A stretch of DNA of 64,000 nt from Monocercomonoides exilis PA203 (lineage: Eukaryota; Protista; Preaxostyla), in the NCBI GenBank assembly GCA_001643675.2, contig LSRY02000012.1, positions 1,550,001-1,614,000 of the forward strand, written 5' to 3'. The position numbers were made by a program, and so were the translations under genes. Below are positions 24,871-36,800 of this stretch, in pieces (positions within the stretch are counted from its first letter, which is position 1; the number at the start of each line of letters is the position of its first letter). The notes under the pieces are model-generated. The model saw only the letters and a list, made by a program, of their open reading frames with translations, ran no database searches and had not been told where the DNA came from.

Positions 24871-26226
24871 ATGGATAAATTTCTTTCTTTTCTTTCTGAT
24901 TTTTTTGAAGTCTTGTTCGACGAATTGGGCCATTGCACTGAAATTGAGCAAAAACAGAAAATAAAGAAAATGAATAGACTGATCGATGAGATGGACAAAA
25001 AAGAACTCCGTTTTACATTCACATTGGAGTATTTCGAAACAATCGACAAAATGATTGAAGAAAAGAAATTGACTTTTGACAATGCCATTTTGCTGATGAA
25101 GCATATTGGGTATTGGATAGCGCTGATCAATATGACAGTTTACGGCTTTTTCACTTCTTCGTTGTGCAAAAGAATTCAAGAGATGATAATCATTGAAGAA
25201 AAATTAAAAGAAGGAAAGAATGAAAGCCTTCTTGTTGATCTTTGTGAATGCTATCTTTTGATTAACGATGTCAAATCATCGGAATTGCTTTCAATTTGCG
25301 TGCCATGTCTTATGAAAGTCGCATTAAGGAAAGAGGATAGCAAGGACATTCAAGAAGAAGTGGAAATGGCTTTGATTTCTATAAATAATATTAACGAATA
25401 TAAAGTATAATTTTTCATCTCTTTTCAATTTTCCTTTTAAATTTTGATATTATTTCTGAAATAGTTCATAGAAAAAGAATTGTTTTTGAGCAATGTCACA
25501 GAAATTTTCCAGAATTATCAAGAGCATCGCAATCTGACACGACTTGCTTATCAATCAGCTTGGCAGTTTTTGGTCTTCAGACTTTGGTGCCATGGAAATT
25601 TGAGAGATGTTATTGTCAATGAGCTGCATTTTGCTAGAGAGGCAACAAGAGAATTGGAAGAGCTGATTGAGTGCGTGGATTGGAAGAGAAAAGAAGATGA
25701 AATGAGCAAAGAAGAAGCAAAAGCAGCGAGCATTGCGAAGAGATGGCTCGCAACACTGGCTTTTTTTTTTCAATCCTTCATATTGATGAATGAAGAATTT
25801 ATTTTGCTAATCTGCAGGATTGTTGAAGTGTTTAGGGTGGCAAAGGATAATTGCAGAGAAATATGCAATCGATGTATTGATTCAGTAATCTATGCAGCGG
25901 GAAACAGAGCAATGAAAGTTGAGTATTTGTTGAAAAGTGGAGCTGTTGATATTATTTTGAAGGAGATGCAGCATCAAACATTTAATGCTAACATGGGGTA
26001 CAATTACTGTTTATTTTTTTATTTTGTTTTACGCCGATTGAAAGAAGAAGAGAAAGAGGAAATTGTCAAAGTGAAAAGAAATGCAGCAAGAATGGAGACC
26101 TTTGGAAAGATGGAAGAAGAAGGATACGAAGATTGCATTATCGGATTGCTGCTGTTAAACGCTGAGGAGATGATTAGAGATGGCTATTTAATAACAAATG
26201 TTGAAGATCTTTTTGTGCGTCCATAA
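24871..26226 (+). CDS. Two-exon alpha-helical hypothetical protein of a probably lineage-expanded family; exons 24871-25404 and 25465-26226 (5' end may extend further)
   Basis: ORFs 24871..25410 and 25480..26226 join in phase 0 via a 60-nt intron GTATAA...AAATAG (25405-25464), giving NEYK|FIEKELFL. Motifs LLVDLCECYL, EHRNLTRLAYQSAWQFL, KMEEEGYED. Confidence 0.8.
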
Positions 26227-26821
26227 AGCGAATGCTCTTTTCTATTCTATTCATCATTGAAATCTCAGAAAAATTATCAAAAGAATGAATTTTGATTGAA
26301 ATAAAGAATCAGAAGAGGCAGATGGCAGCAAATGAACTCAGAAAAGAAAATGAGAAAATGAAGAAAAAAGAAAAGACATCATTCTGAAATAAGATCTTCA
26401 ACTTAACAATATGAATATTCAAGACAAATGGTGAATTCTTCATTCATTTCAATTTGTCTTCACATTATCGTCTTCTTCATATGCTTCTGCTTCAATCTTT
26501 CACTCTCACTTTCACTCACATTGTGTCAATCGACATTTCATCAATGAATTCTTCGCCTTTTTCTTCTGTTAATTTTGTAATGTCACACAAACCAATTAAT
26601 TCCAGCAAATCTCAAAATGTTTTGAAGAATCCTTCATCGCTTCGCTTTGGATGAAATATAACTACAATATTCACTATCACGTGTCTTCCACTTCTTCATT
26701 CTTTTCGTCTTCTTCTTCTTCACATTTTTATTCTAGGGTCAGTAATTTATCTGTACCCAAAAAATTAATCGGGACCTAAATTTTCTGGCTCTCCAGAGCA
26801 CTTTTAGAAAAGAATAAATTA

Positions 26822-27615
26822 CAGAAAACATTCAAAATATTTTTATTTACTATTCCTGAGAATATTTTTTTTATTTTTTCAATTTTAGTGAAAAGATTTG
26901 ATAATTTTCGTTTTATTTTTAAGATAAAAGACTTGGTTGTGGAAGCGCAATCTTTTTGTTTTGAGATTTTTAAGTGTTGTTATTGCTATTAAACTTAAGT
27001 TTTTAATGTTTTTGGTTAATTTTTGATATTTAACGCTTCGCTTATTTATTATTTTTTGTATTTCATAAATTTCGACAAAAAATTAAAAAAAAAAAATTAA
27101 ATTTGAATTGCTGTGTTCACATATGTTGAAAAATAGTTGTTAAAGTGATTGTTATATGTATCACAAATAATTTGTAACCAAAAAATGGATTTGAAGCAAA
27201 AGAGACAAAAATACACAAAAATATATTTTTCTTGTAATAATCTCTATCAAAAAATTGAAGATTTTCGTCTTTTAAAAATACATATATTTGCTTATAATAT
27301 TCATAATTACGCTTTTTTAATAACGAAAAATGTGGTTTGTTCCAATAAAATCTTCCACTTATCGAAATTTATGAAATACAAAAAATAATAAATAAGCGAA
27401 GCGTTAAATATCAAAAATTAACCAAAAACATTAAAAACTTAAGTTTAATAGCAATAACAACACTTAAAAATCTCAAAACAAAAAGATTGCGCTTCCACAA
27501 CCAAGTCTTTTATCTTAAAAATAAAACGAAAATTATCAAATCTTTTCACTAAAATTGTAAAAATAAAAAAAATATTCTCAGGAATAGTAAATAAAAATAT
27601 TTTGATTGTTTTTTG
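26822..27615. repeat. Long inverted repeat (foldback): core arms 26832-27075 and 27362-27605, spacer 27076-27361
   Basis: Manual comparison shows the two 244-bp arms are reverse complements with one mismatch, plus about 10 bp of imperfect outward extension. The 286-bp spacer is AT-rich. Confidence 0.95.
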
Positions 27616-27708
27616 AAAACAGCTGTCTCGCATGCTGTCAGACGTGAACACTTTTGGAGTGACATGACGTGACAGAAATAAATATTTAATATATGATAAA
27701 AATGTGTG

Positions 27709-28157
27709 CAGTCAAAGCCGGATATAATCACATCGAATATAATCACATACGTTTACAGTCACATTTTTTTATGCACCAACATTTTTGTACAAATTTTCAT
27801 TCATTTTTCATCGCATATAATCACGGGGATGTAAATATGTAATCACAATTTTTATTATAATGTGTATTTTTTTCAATAAAAAATTTATTTTTTTTTCAAA
27901 ATTTTCAAAATTTTGATTTTACAAAATAATGATGAAATAGGTCTGAATAATGTGTACAAATAATAAAAATTGTTTTTTCTATTGAAAAATGCGTTTAAAT
28001 GAAGAATTATCAAAAATAAAATATTTTCCCCAAAATAAATTTTTTAATTTATTTATTTTCGTTTATTTCTGTGTAAACAGGATCGGACATTATCACAATC
28101 GGATATTTTCACAAAAAGTTGTGCAAAAACCAATGTGATTATATCCGATTTTGACTG
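27709..28157. mobile_element. MITE copy A (449 bp), Tc1/mariner-pogo-like TIRs
   Basis: 5' CAGTCAAAGCCGGATATAATCACAT and 3' ATGTGATTATATCCGATTTTGACTG. Subterminal ATATAATCACA repeats and an AT-rich non-coding interior. TA target duplication only half preserved. Confidence 0.8.
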
Positions 28158-28439
28158 TTATAATAAGTTTCTTTTTGATGTGCATTTTCAAAATTTAATT
28201 GCACAATGTGTTGTGTCGTGTTCATTTTTTTGTTGTGTCAATACCACGGAACTCCTGTTACTCCCTGTTACTGACGTAATTCAAGTCGATTGTCTCTTTT
28301 TTCAAATATATGTGTTTTTAACAAGTTGATCATTTTTTTTTAAGTTTTGAACTTGTTTTATTCTTATATTTATTGTTTGTTAATAATTATCATTTTTTCG
28401 ATTTTTCTAATTTTTTTTTCTAATTCATTTGGGTTATAT

Positions 28440-29056
28440 AAGCTGGTTCTTCACAAAGATGTGGAGCCCAGACATTTCACTGTTGCATTACGAAAACGAT
28501 GGGATGAATGAATATCTTTCTTTTTTTGAACTTTCTGTGAAGAACATTTTTGATGGCGATGCTGTTCACTTCCTGTTCATTTCATTAGCTCCTGCAGATA
28601 TCAATGACCAACTCCATATTTGAAATTAAAGCGATCAATTTGTCCACAAGACTCAAAACTTCCAGATCCGGGAAATATATCACAGTTTCGCTTCTGGAGG
28701 AGAAATACAAGTGAATATTCCAGGCAAGAGCCACTTGCGCCCTTAAGGAATGAGTGAAAACAATGAACAAAAACAGAGATATATTCCTCCTCAATATTAC
28801 ACACCATACATAGCTAACATCAAAGGGGATTATGACTCTTGCAGGAATGGAGATGCTGAAAGGAGGTGTAACTGAGGAATATCAGACAGACACAATAAAG
28901 CACACATCGATATCCAAACAATCATCAAGTGGGATCCCGGAGGTTTGAATCGCCAAGCACACGTTCCAATCAATAATTGATCACACACCGTGCAGGTCAC
29001 ACCACATAGCTGATCCGGCAAGCCGGATGGCCCACGCGCTCCTTGCCCCAGAGTAA
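28440..29056 (+). pseudogene. Decayed tyrosine recombinase (DIRS/Crypton-type YR)
   Basis: MWSPDISLLHY...LSFFELSV, then a frameshift near 28540 into a single frame reading RTFLMAMLFTSCSFH*L...RLKT...IFLLN...LTSKGIMTLAGMEMLKGGVTEEYQTDTIKHTSIS...GIPEV*IAKH...HTPCRSHHIADPASRMAHALL. Order and spacing match YR boxes (R, K, HxxR/K, H/W, Y). Five in-frame stops; terminal TAA at 29054-29056. Confidence 0.7.
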
Positions 29057-29150
29057 AATAGTTCACAACAGGAAGATGACACAGTCGTGAAGAAGAACTT
29101 CATTCCCGAGAAAACAGATGGCATTCACTTTTGTGTGACCCAGCAAACGA

Positions 29151-29596
29151 CAGTCAAAATCGGATATAATCGCATCTGGTTTTGCACAACTTTTTGTGTC
29201 TATATCCGATTGTGATTATATTCGATGTGACATTTCCTTGAAAAAATTAAAAAAAAAATTAGAAATTATTTATCTTGGGTCAATTTATTATTTTTCAAAT
29301 TCTTCACATAAACACATTTTTCAATTGAAACAATAATTTTTATCTTTAATGGACATTATAAAGACTCATAAAGACATAATTTTTAAAAAATCAAAAAATA
29401 GAAATATTTAATCAGAAAATCAATTTTTCTATGAAAAAATCACACGTAATGAAATAGTTGTGATTATATATATTTGCTCTGTGATAATTTGAGATGGAGA
29501 ATGAATGAAAAACAGGCCAAAAATGTTTTTGCACACAAAAATGTGACGATAAACGAATGTGATTGTATTCGATGTGATAATATCCGGTTTGGACAG
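29151..29596. mobile_element. MITE copy B (446 bp), same family as 27709-28157, opposite orientation
   Basis: 5' CAGTCAAAATCGGATATAATCGCAT and 3' ATGTGATAATATCCGGTTTGGACAG. Its reverse complement aligns collinearly with copy A, roughly 70-80% identical by eye. Confidence 0.8.
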
Positions 29597-30884
29597 TTCA
29601 AAAATAATGCTTGGTTGAAAGCCAATTCAACAGTCAAATCAAGCGAACTTCGCAACCGCACCCTTCACGACACAAGCACTGCCACCAATGCCCCCTCCAC
29701 AACAAACAATATTCGTGCAACGGACCATTCAAATAGCAAAACTCCCAACGAGTGTGGAAGAACAGGAGGATTAGGAGAGGGGAGAGAGGAAAGAATCAGA
29801 ACCAGAGAAGAATAGAGAAGGGTCAAAGACTCAAAGGACAATCAATTGCATTGAGGCATACAAAAACAAAGATTTGCCCAATTAAGAACTCTCCTTTGAT
29901 AAAGAGATGTTGATGATAGATTTTTTCAACAAAAAATTTTGAATATTGAATTCATGTTTATTGCGATAGATCATCTTTTTCACTTTTTTGCATTTTTTTA
30001 ACATCAGGTCAATTCTTCCATAAGAACGAACAAAATCAATCAATCTAAATTGTTGTTTTTTTCATCGAATAGGTATTTTCAAAAACATCATCAAACAATT
30101 ATCATTTATTTGGAGAATAATGCAAAATAATTCAAAAAATTTCTGATCATTCAATTAACTTCGAATATCCTTAAAAGGAAACAGTTTATCTTGTAAAGAG
30201 TTTCATATGGCCAAAAGATGATTATTTTCAAATGAGAAATACTTATTCATGAATTTAAAAGAAAAAACATTTCAGTGCAGATGCACACCGGATATATTTG
30301 CTTCAAAATATTTTGGAAAATTTGAAAGCAAAGATTTGCCAGCCGATAATTAATTAATACTTTGTTCACAACAATCTCGATTTCATTTGAAATAACTATT
30401 TTAAAGCTTCCAATTTTTTTATTTGAAATGAAAAATATGTTCTTTTACTGAAAAATTTCCTTTATTGAATAATTTTTTGGTGTTCATTACAACAAAAATG
30501 GCAAATGTTGTTTGCATGAGCAAATAAAAGTTCAAAACATATTTGGAAAATTCAATTTCGAAACATTACGAGTTGTTGAATAATTCAAACAATTAATTGA
30601 AACTGCTATTTCTGATCCAATCAAAACCCAACAATGAAAATACAGCAATACCATCCGTATGATTGCTGAATTTTTCTTTTTCATTGGATCTCTTTGTTCA
30701 TCTTTTTCTCTTTTCATTCAGTCACTTCCCTCATCCAGTCAAACTGTGGCTTCTGATTCTCATTTCTCAACTCTCTTCGATGAACCCTCTCTTATCCCAC
30801 ATCCTCCAATCTTCGCCTTTTGAAGAAGCAATATTATACACTTTTGTGTTTTTTGATAATTATTTTCTTTCAGACTGAACATGC

Positions 30885-33800
30885 TCATCTCACCCTCGAG
30901 ACAAACGAGCTTTCTTCTGTCATCGTTCCACTTTCCTCATTTTCATCTTCTGTTTCACCAGTGATGTCAATCGCATCTGAAATAGTAACCATCGCTGCGC
31001 CTGATGGAAATCGCTGGATGAACTCTCGCTTCAACTCAACAAGTGTTGGACGGCTTCCACTCTCTTCCAACATGCACCTCTCCGAAATCACTCCAATAGG
31101 CAACTCTCGAATGCATTCAACTTTTGGCCTCTCTCCATTCACAATCTTCTTCCCTGCAACTTCCGCTTCAAACTCCCAAAACGGGATCTTGAGTGTCAGA
31201 CACTCCCACAGCATCATCCCGATCGAGAACGACACTGACTCCTTTGTTGCTCCCATCTTCTTGTTGATCAGCAGTTCTGGCGCCTTCCACCTCAGACACT
31301 CTTTTTTGAAGTCATTCTCTTCCTCAAATGCTGATGAAGGAAGAGAGTCTTCATCATCATCATCATCATCTCCACTTGCAGATGTTACAACAGTTGATGA
31401 AGAGATGGATGATGAATCTGAATCATCAGATGAGAAGTCAGAGTGCATCACAATACAAATGACCATGTGTTCAGAGAATAACACAATGTGAGGGCTGAGA
31501 TTGGCCAATGACTGAAGTGAGTTTTCCATCTCATCAAATGAGTGGAGTGCCCCATTCGCCACCCAGAACAGGATCTGGGCAGCTGTTTGTTCTCTTTCCT
31601 TCAACGTGCCAATCGCCATCTCCTTCTTCTCATTCCTCCCATGAAGCAGCATGAACAGTGAATCCCTCAGATCCACAATCAGCTTCTCATGTGGAGACGA
31701 GCAGGCCATTGCATCCACCAGATTCGACATCGACGACGTGGTGGGGCACAGATCCTCTCCGCGAACAAATGTCGAATCTGAATCTGTTGTCGAAGTGGTG
31801 GAAGTGGATGAAATGGATGGTGATGACGTTCTCTTTCTTATCTCTTCTTCCTCCTCCTTTTCTAATGCCCAATCAGGGATCTTGTCTGAATCTCTCCCCA
31901 AAATGTATTCAGTTGATCCACTCTCAGATAGAAGATGCTCTGATGACTCAGAATGTCCCAGGCTTTTTTCGTACACCCTCTTCTTTATCCTTTCTTCATT
32001 CTTCTTCTCAGCCTCCTTCTCCGCTCTCCTCCACTGATCTTCAGGTGACATCTCCATCGTCACCATCTCAAACGCCTTCGGATCTTTTCTGATATTATCA
32101 TTCACAATCTCTCTCAGATCTTCTGCTTCATTCTTCACCTTTCTCCACCGAACAACCAAAACAACAATCACTGCCAGCAACACAATGAAAACTGCACATG
32201 CAACCACAATAATAACCCAAAATGAGTTTGATCCTTTCCCTCCTTGAACAACATTTCCATCACCATTCTTCTCAGACTCTGTTCTGTTCTTCAGGATGAA
32301 AGAGTCAGTGGATGATTGTTCATTGGATTTCCCAAACAGAACGCACACTCTCACTTCTGCTTCGTCTCCAGCCTCAGCTATTGTCTTCGAAGGCACACTC
32401 CCTTCTGCTTCTGTCTCAGATACATATCCATTTCCATCAAACTCATATTTTTCGATCTGCTTTTCGTCACCAATTTGTTTCACAACCATGAACAATAAGT
32501 TGCAAGGGAGCAGAAGCTTCCCTTTGAACACAAGTTTCACTTCAGCTCCTGCTTCTTTTGTTTCAACACGCTCCAATGATGGAATGAAGAATGAAGATGC
32601 TCTTTCTGATGCAATCCCTTCAAAGAGGCATCCTTCATTCAAAAACCAAAGTGATGTGTTTTTCTCCAAGCCATCTCCTCCTTTCAAGCTGGAAATGGTC
32701 AGCGAAGCAGAATCCGAGCAAATAATGTTTCTTCGCACAGATGGGTAATTCTCAATCGAAGGGCTGTTGTTGCTGAAATTACCTGCCTCAATCATCACAT
32801 ATCCTCCACTCACACTCATTCCTCCTTTTGAGGAGTTGCAGATTGTTGTATCTCTCAATTCAACAGAACAATTTGTGAAATCAACAACAGAACCATTCCA
32901 TTTGCAGATTTCATCTGCAATATCATTCCCTTCACTTCCTGAAACAAGATTCCCTTCAAACACACACGACTCCATCAATATCTTTTCTGCCAACGCAATC
33001 GCTATTTGGCTCCCCTTTGGCAACTCCGATGTGCACCCACAACAAGAGCAGTTTCTCATCTCAAAACCTTTCATGTGCTGAGTTGTGCAAACAATGCAAG
33101 ACCCACAGTTTGATCGGCTGATGTTGGAGAATGATGATAACGCCAAAGATAAAACGAGCGAAGAGTGACCAATTTCAACTGAGATAAGACTTCTATCTTG
33201 AAGAGTTATGTTTGTGGCTATCAACTTTGAAATGCTCACTTCCTCACTCTTTCCACATTCAATCACCGAACTCTTGCATTCCACACTATCCACTCCCAAA
33301 TCCTCAAATGTTGCACGTTCCGAACTCAATAAAAGGAAAACAGGCTTTGAGAATTTCAAGCGGCCAACACTGCACTTTTCTGCCTCAAATACCCCATCTT
33401 CAACAACAATCAGAGAAAAATTGAAAAGGGTCTGGGAATTCTCTGTTGTTCTGCTCTCTGACAAGAACGAAACAGATTCGAGAACAAGAGATCCATTCAA
33501 CTGGCGCATCAAGCACAAGCAGTCAACATTCCCCATTCCACCAAAAATGAAAGAAACATTTTCAAATCGAACAAACTCCGAAGTTCTCACGACTCCTTCA
33601 CCTTCCAAATCGAACCCTCTCACTTTTATCTCAGCATTCCTGCTCACCTCCATCGACTTGATTGTCACCCTCTGAGCAGAGCACAAACCAGTTAATGCTG
33701 ACTCATTCCAGACAAACAACTGTGAATAATCAGATGGGATGATATGACCCATCCCAACATTCAGCGATGAACACACACCCTTCATTTCCCCACAGTTCTT

Positions 33801-36800
33801 GCTATCGCTGTTGTTCCCCACAATCGAAGACACAAATATGAATTCGCTCCTGAACACAAACACTCTCCCAAGCAGATCTTCCTCATCTCCATAATTGTCT
33901 GCTGTGCATCCCCATATTGCCAGCTCCTTCACAAACGGCTCCACAAAATTTATCAGGAACTGTGATTCACTTATTTTCGAGTCAAGGTCTGTGCACTTCA
34001 CAAACACATCTCTTCCCTTTGATGCGACATTCCCTTTGAAAGTGATATTCGACAGCACAAATGGCAACGCTTCCTGTGACGCACTTTGTGATTTCAAAAA
34101 CAATCCTCCTCCTCTTCCAGTGTTCGAGCAGAAGCATTCTGTCACATTTGTGTGATTCATCTCCAGCCTCCCCCTCTCATTGAGGAGGAAGAACATTCCT
34201 CCTCCTTCATTCGAGCTTGTCGATCCACATCCATCAATTGTTGAGTTCTCCATTTTCAGTCTCATTTCATTCGGCACATCACAGCAAAGCAATGAAGGGT
34301 TGTTTGTCACGCTGTTCTTCACGTTCACAAACGAACATTGCTCAAACAGAATGCTCCACTCTTCTTCTTCATCAACATTTTCACTTCCAGAAATTGCAGT
34401 TTCACTCATCGCAATTGCACTTTTCCCACTCAATGAAATATCTATGAATGTCACATCGTTCATGGCTGTCAAACAATCAGCTGATATGCTCATAATCTCA
34501 TGCATCGTTGAAAATCCAGCTATCTTTGTCTCTTCGATCTCAACAATTCCTTTCGAGGCACTGATCAGCACAAATGACACCTCACCTTCAGCATTGTGAC
34601 TCCTGTGTATTGAACAGCTCACAACACTCGTTTTGACTGAATCTGAACCTGTCTGGATGAGGATGTTTGCAACATTATCAAATGCAGTCGGAATCGCCAT
34701 CCCCACTTCTTTGAATTGAACAACCCCTTTGCACTCAACAATCACATTCCCATTCCCTTCAATCTCTTTCACAAATTGGATTTTGTCTGATTCCCTATTT
34801 GTTCCTTCCACCTTCATCTCGCACATCCTTATTTCACTCCTCATTTCACAAACTCCACGAATCATCATCGTCTCAGCTGTTGAACGGCTGATCCGATTCA
34901 TTCCATAATCAACAGAGCTGCACGGATACTCCAACAATCCACACACAATCACATTGTTTCCTTCCTCTGCAATATATACACTTGATCCAATGCTTTTCCA
35001 GAAATAGATCAGTGGGATTGCACACTCCTTGTTTCCTCCATCATATCCTCTCATTGAGTCTTCAGTCAGCATTTCCAATCTATCTTTCACGAATGGAAGC
35101 GTTTCGTTATTGACGCTGCTGGCAAGCGATAGAGACGAAACGAACAGATCCTTCCCATATTTCGCATTGTTTGGCCTGTCAGATGAAATAATAGGTGAGG
35201 ATATCACAAATGCTGCTTTTCCTTCTTCTTCTTCTTCTTTCAGTATCTTCAGCATTATTCCTCCTCCATATCCAATTGCTTCCCCTTCATATGGAGCTGT
35301 GCAACCAAAAAATGTGCATCCACTCACCACAAGATTCGTTTCTGAAGATGATTCACAAAAGAGTGCACCTCCTCCAATCTCATTTCCCTCTCCTTCAACA
35401 GCGCAGCCTTCGAATGCACAGTCAAATATTTCCACTTTGTAATCTCTTTCATCATCTTCATTCGTAATGCTGATGCACCCTCCACTTCCCTTCGAACGAG
35501 AAATCGATGAAAATGTGCATCCTGACATCTCATCGATATTTCCGTTGTGACACTCAACAACACACCCATCACCAAATGTGATATCTCCAAAATGGCTGTT
35601 CGTCATATTTAATGAAGGAACACATTCATTGCTTCCCTCAACAATGAAAAACGATGAATCTCCAATTTTCATATTCTCTGATCCAAACTCACTCACCCCC
35701 ACAACCCCTCCAACTGCCTTCACAAACACAGTCGAAATTGCCTCAGCACCTCCTTCCATCCCGCATTTGTTCAGTGTGAGCTTCCCTGAACGGCACTCAA
35801 ACACACTTTCATGAAAAGACAGGGATTTAATCATAGAAAATACAATTCCAGTTACAGATACAGTGATTGTGCTTTCTATTAGTGCATTTTGTGCTCCATC
35901 TATCAAATCACAAACAACACATTTCATTTTATTCTCCTTTGCTTTGATGTTCCACCCATTTGCACTCAAGCTCAATTCCTCCTCAAAAGAAAATGAATCA
36001 ATGATTGAGATATCTTTTTTCCTATCCTCAAAATGAACTGATGCTGCCTTGGCGATTGTGGAACATGGAAACGCTTCATGTCCACACATCGAAAAATCAT
36101 GGCTTGATGATCCTCCTCCAACAAATGCAGACACTGAAAAGTTATTCCACAAATACAACACCAGCGGAATGGCAAATGCCTCATTCAGCGCTGATCTCTC
36201 AAACCCATTCAATTTTGAAAAGTTATTCAAATCAACATCAAATCCAATCGATCTTCTGTCAATTACATTCATCAGCTCTTTTGCGTTAACGAACACTTCT
36301 TTCCCTTCTCTGGCATCACACCAGGAAAATAAAACATCCTTCAAAACGAATGAGCTTGCTCCATCATCCAAATGAAGATAAATCCCTCCTCCATATCCAC
36401 GCTCTCCATCTGTGTTTTGTATTGCCTTGCAATTTGTGAATTGAAGCAAACCACTTCCATCATTGGAATATGCCTCTTGTGTTTGGTCAGCATCTGTCAT
36501 GTTTCCCACAGTGTAGGATGATCCTTCTTCCATCTCAACCCACAACCCTCCTCCATTTCCCCCATTGCTCTCACACCCTGACATCATCCCACCAACAATT
36601 TCCAGTGAGCAATCCCTCCCAAGTGTGCATTCCACTGCTCCTCCATTTTCTCCGTTCCATCTGAATCCACTCATTGAACTGTTTGTGAGCTTCAGCATCT
36701 TGGCTGAATTTGTTGAAATCACTCGAATTGACTCTGTTGATGATTTCACTGAAAGTGTTGAATCTCTTATCGAAAAAGAAGCTCCATTAGCCACCCCAAA

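Noticed and set aside
26736-26800. GGGTCAGTAA... as a transposon terminus
   Set aside because: No convincing matching opposite terminus was found in the window.
28541-29056. Stop-codon reassignment (TAR=Gln, as in some oxymonads) making the YR intact
   Set aside because: The frame also has TGA stops and a frameshift, and genes in this window terminate at TAA (dUTPase, calpain).
27709-29596. Repeated ATATAATCACA units as a CRISPR-like array
   Set aside because: No regular repeat-spacer periodicity; they are MITE subterminal repeats in a eukaryotic context.
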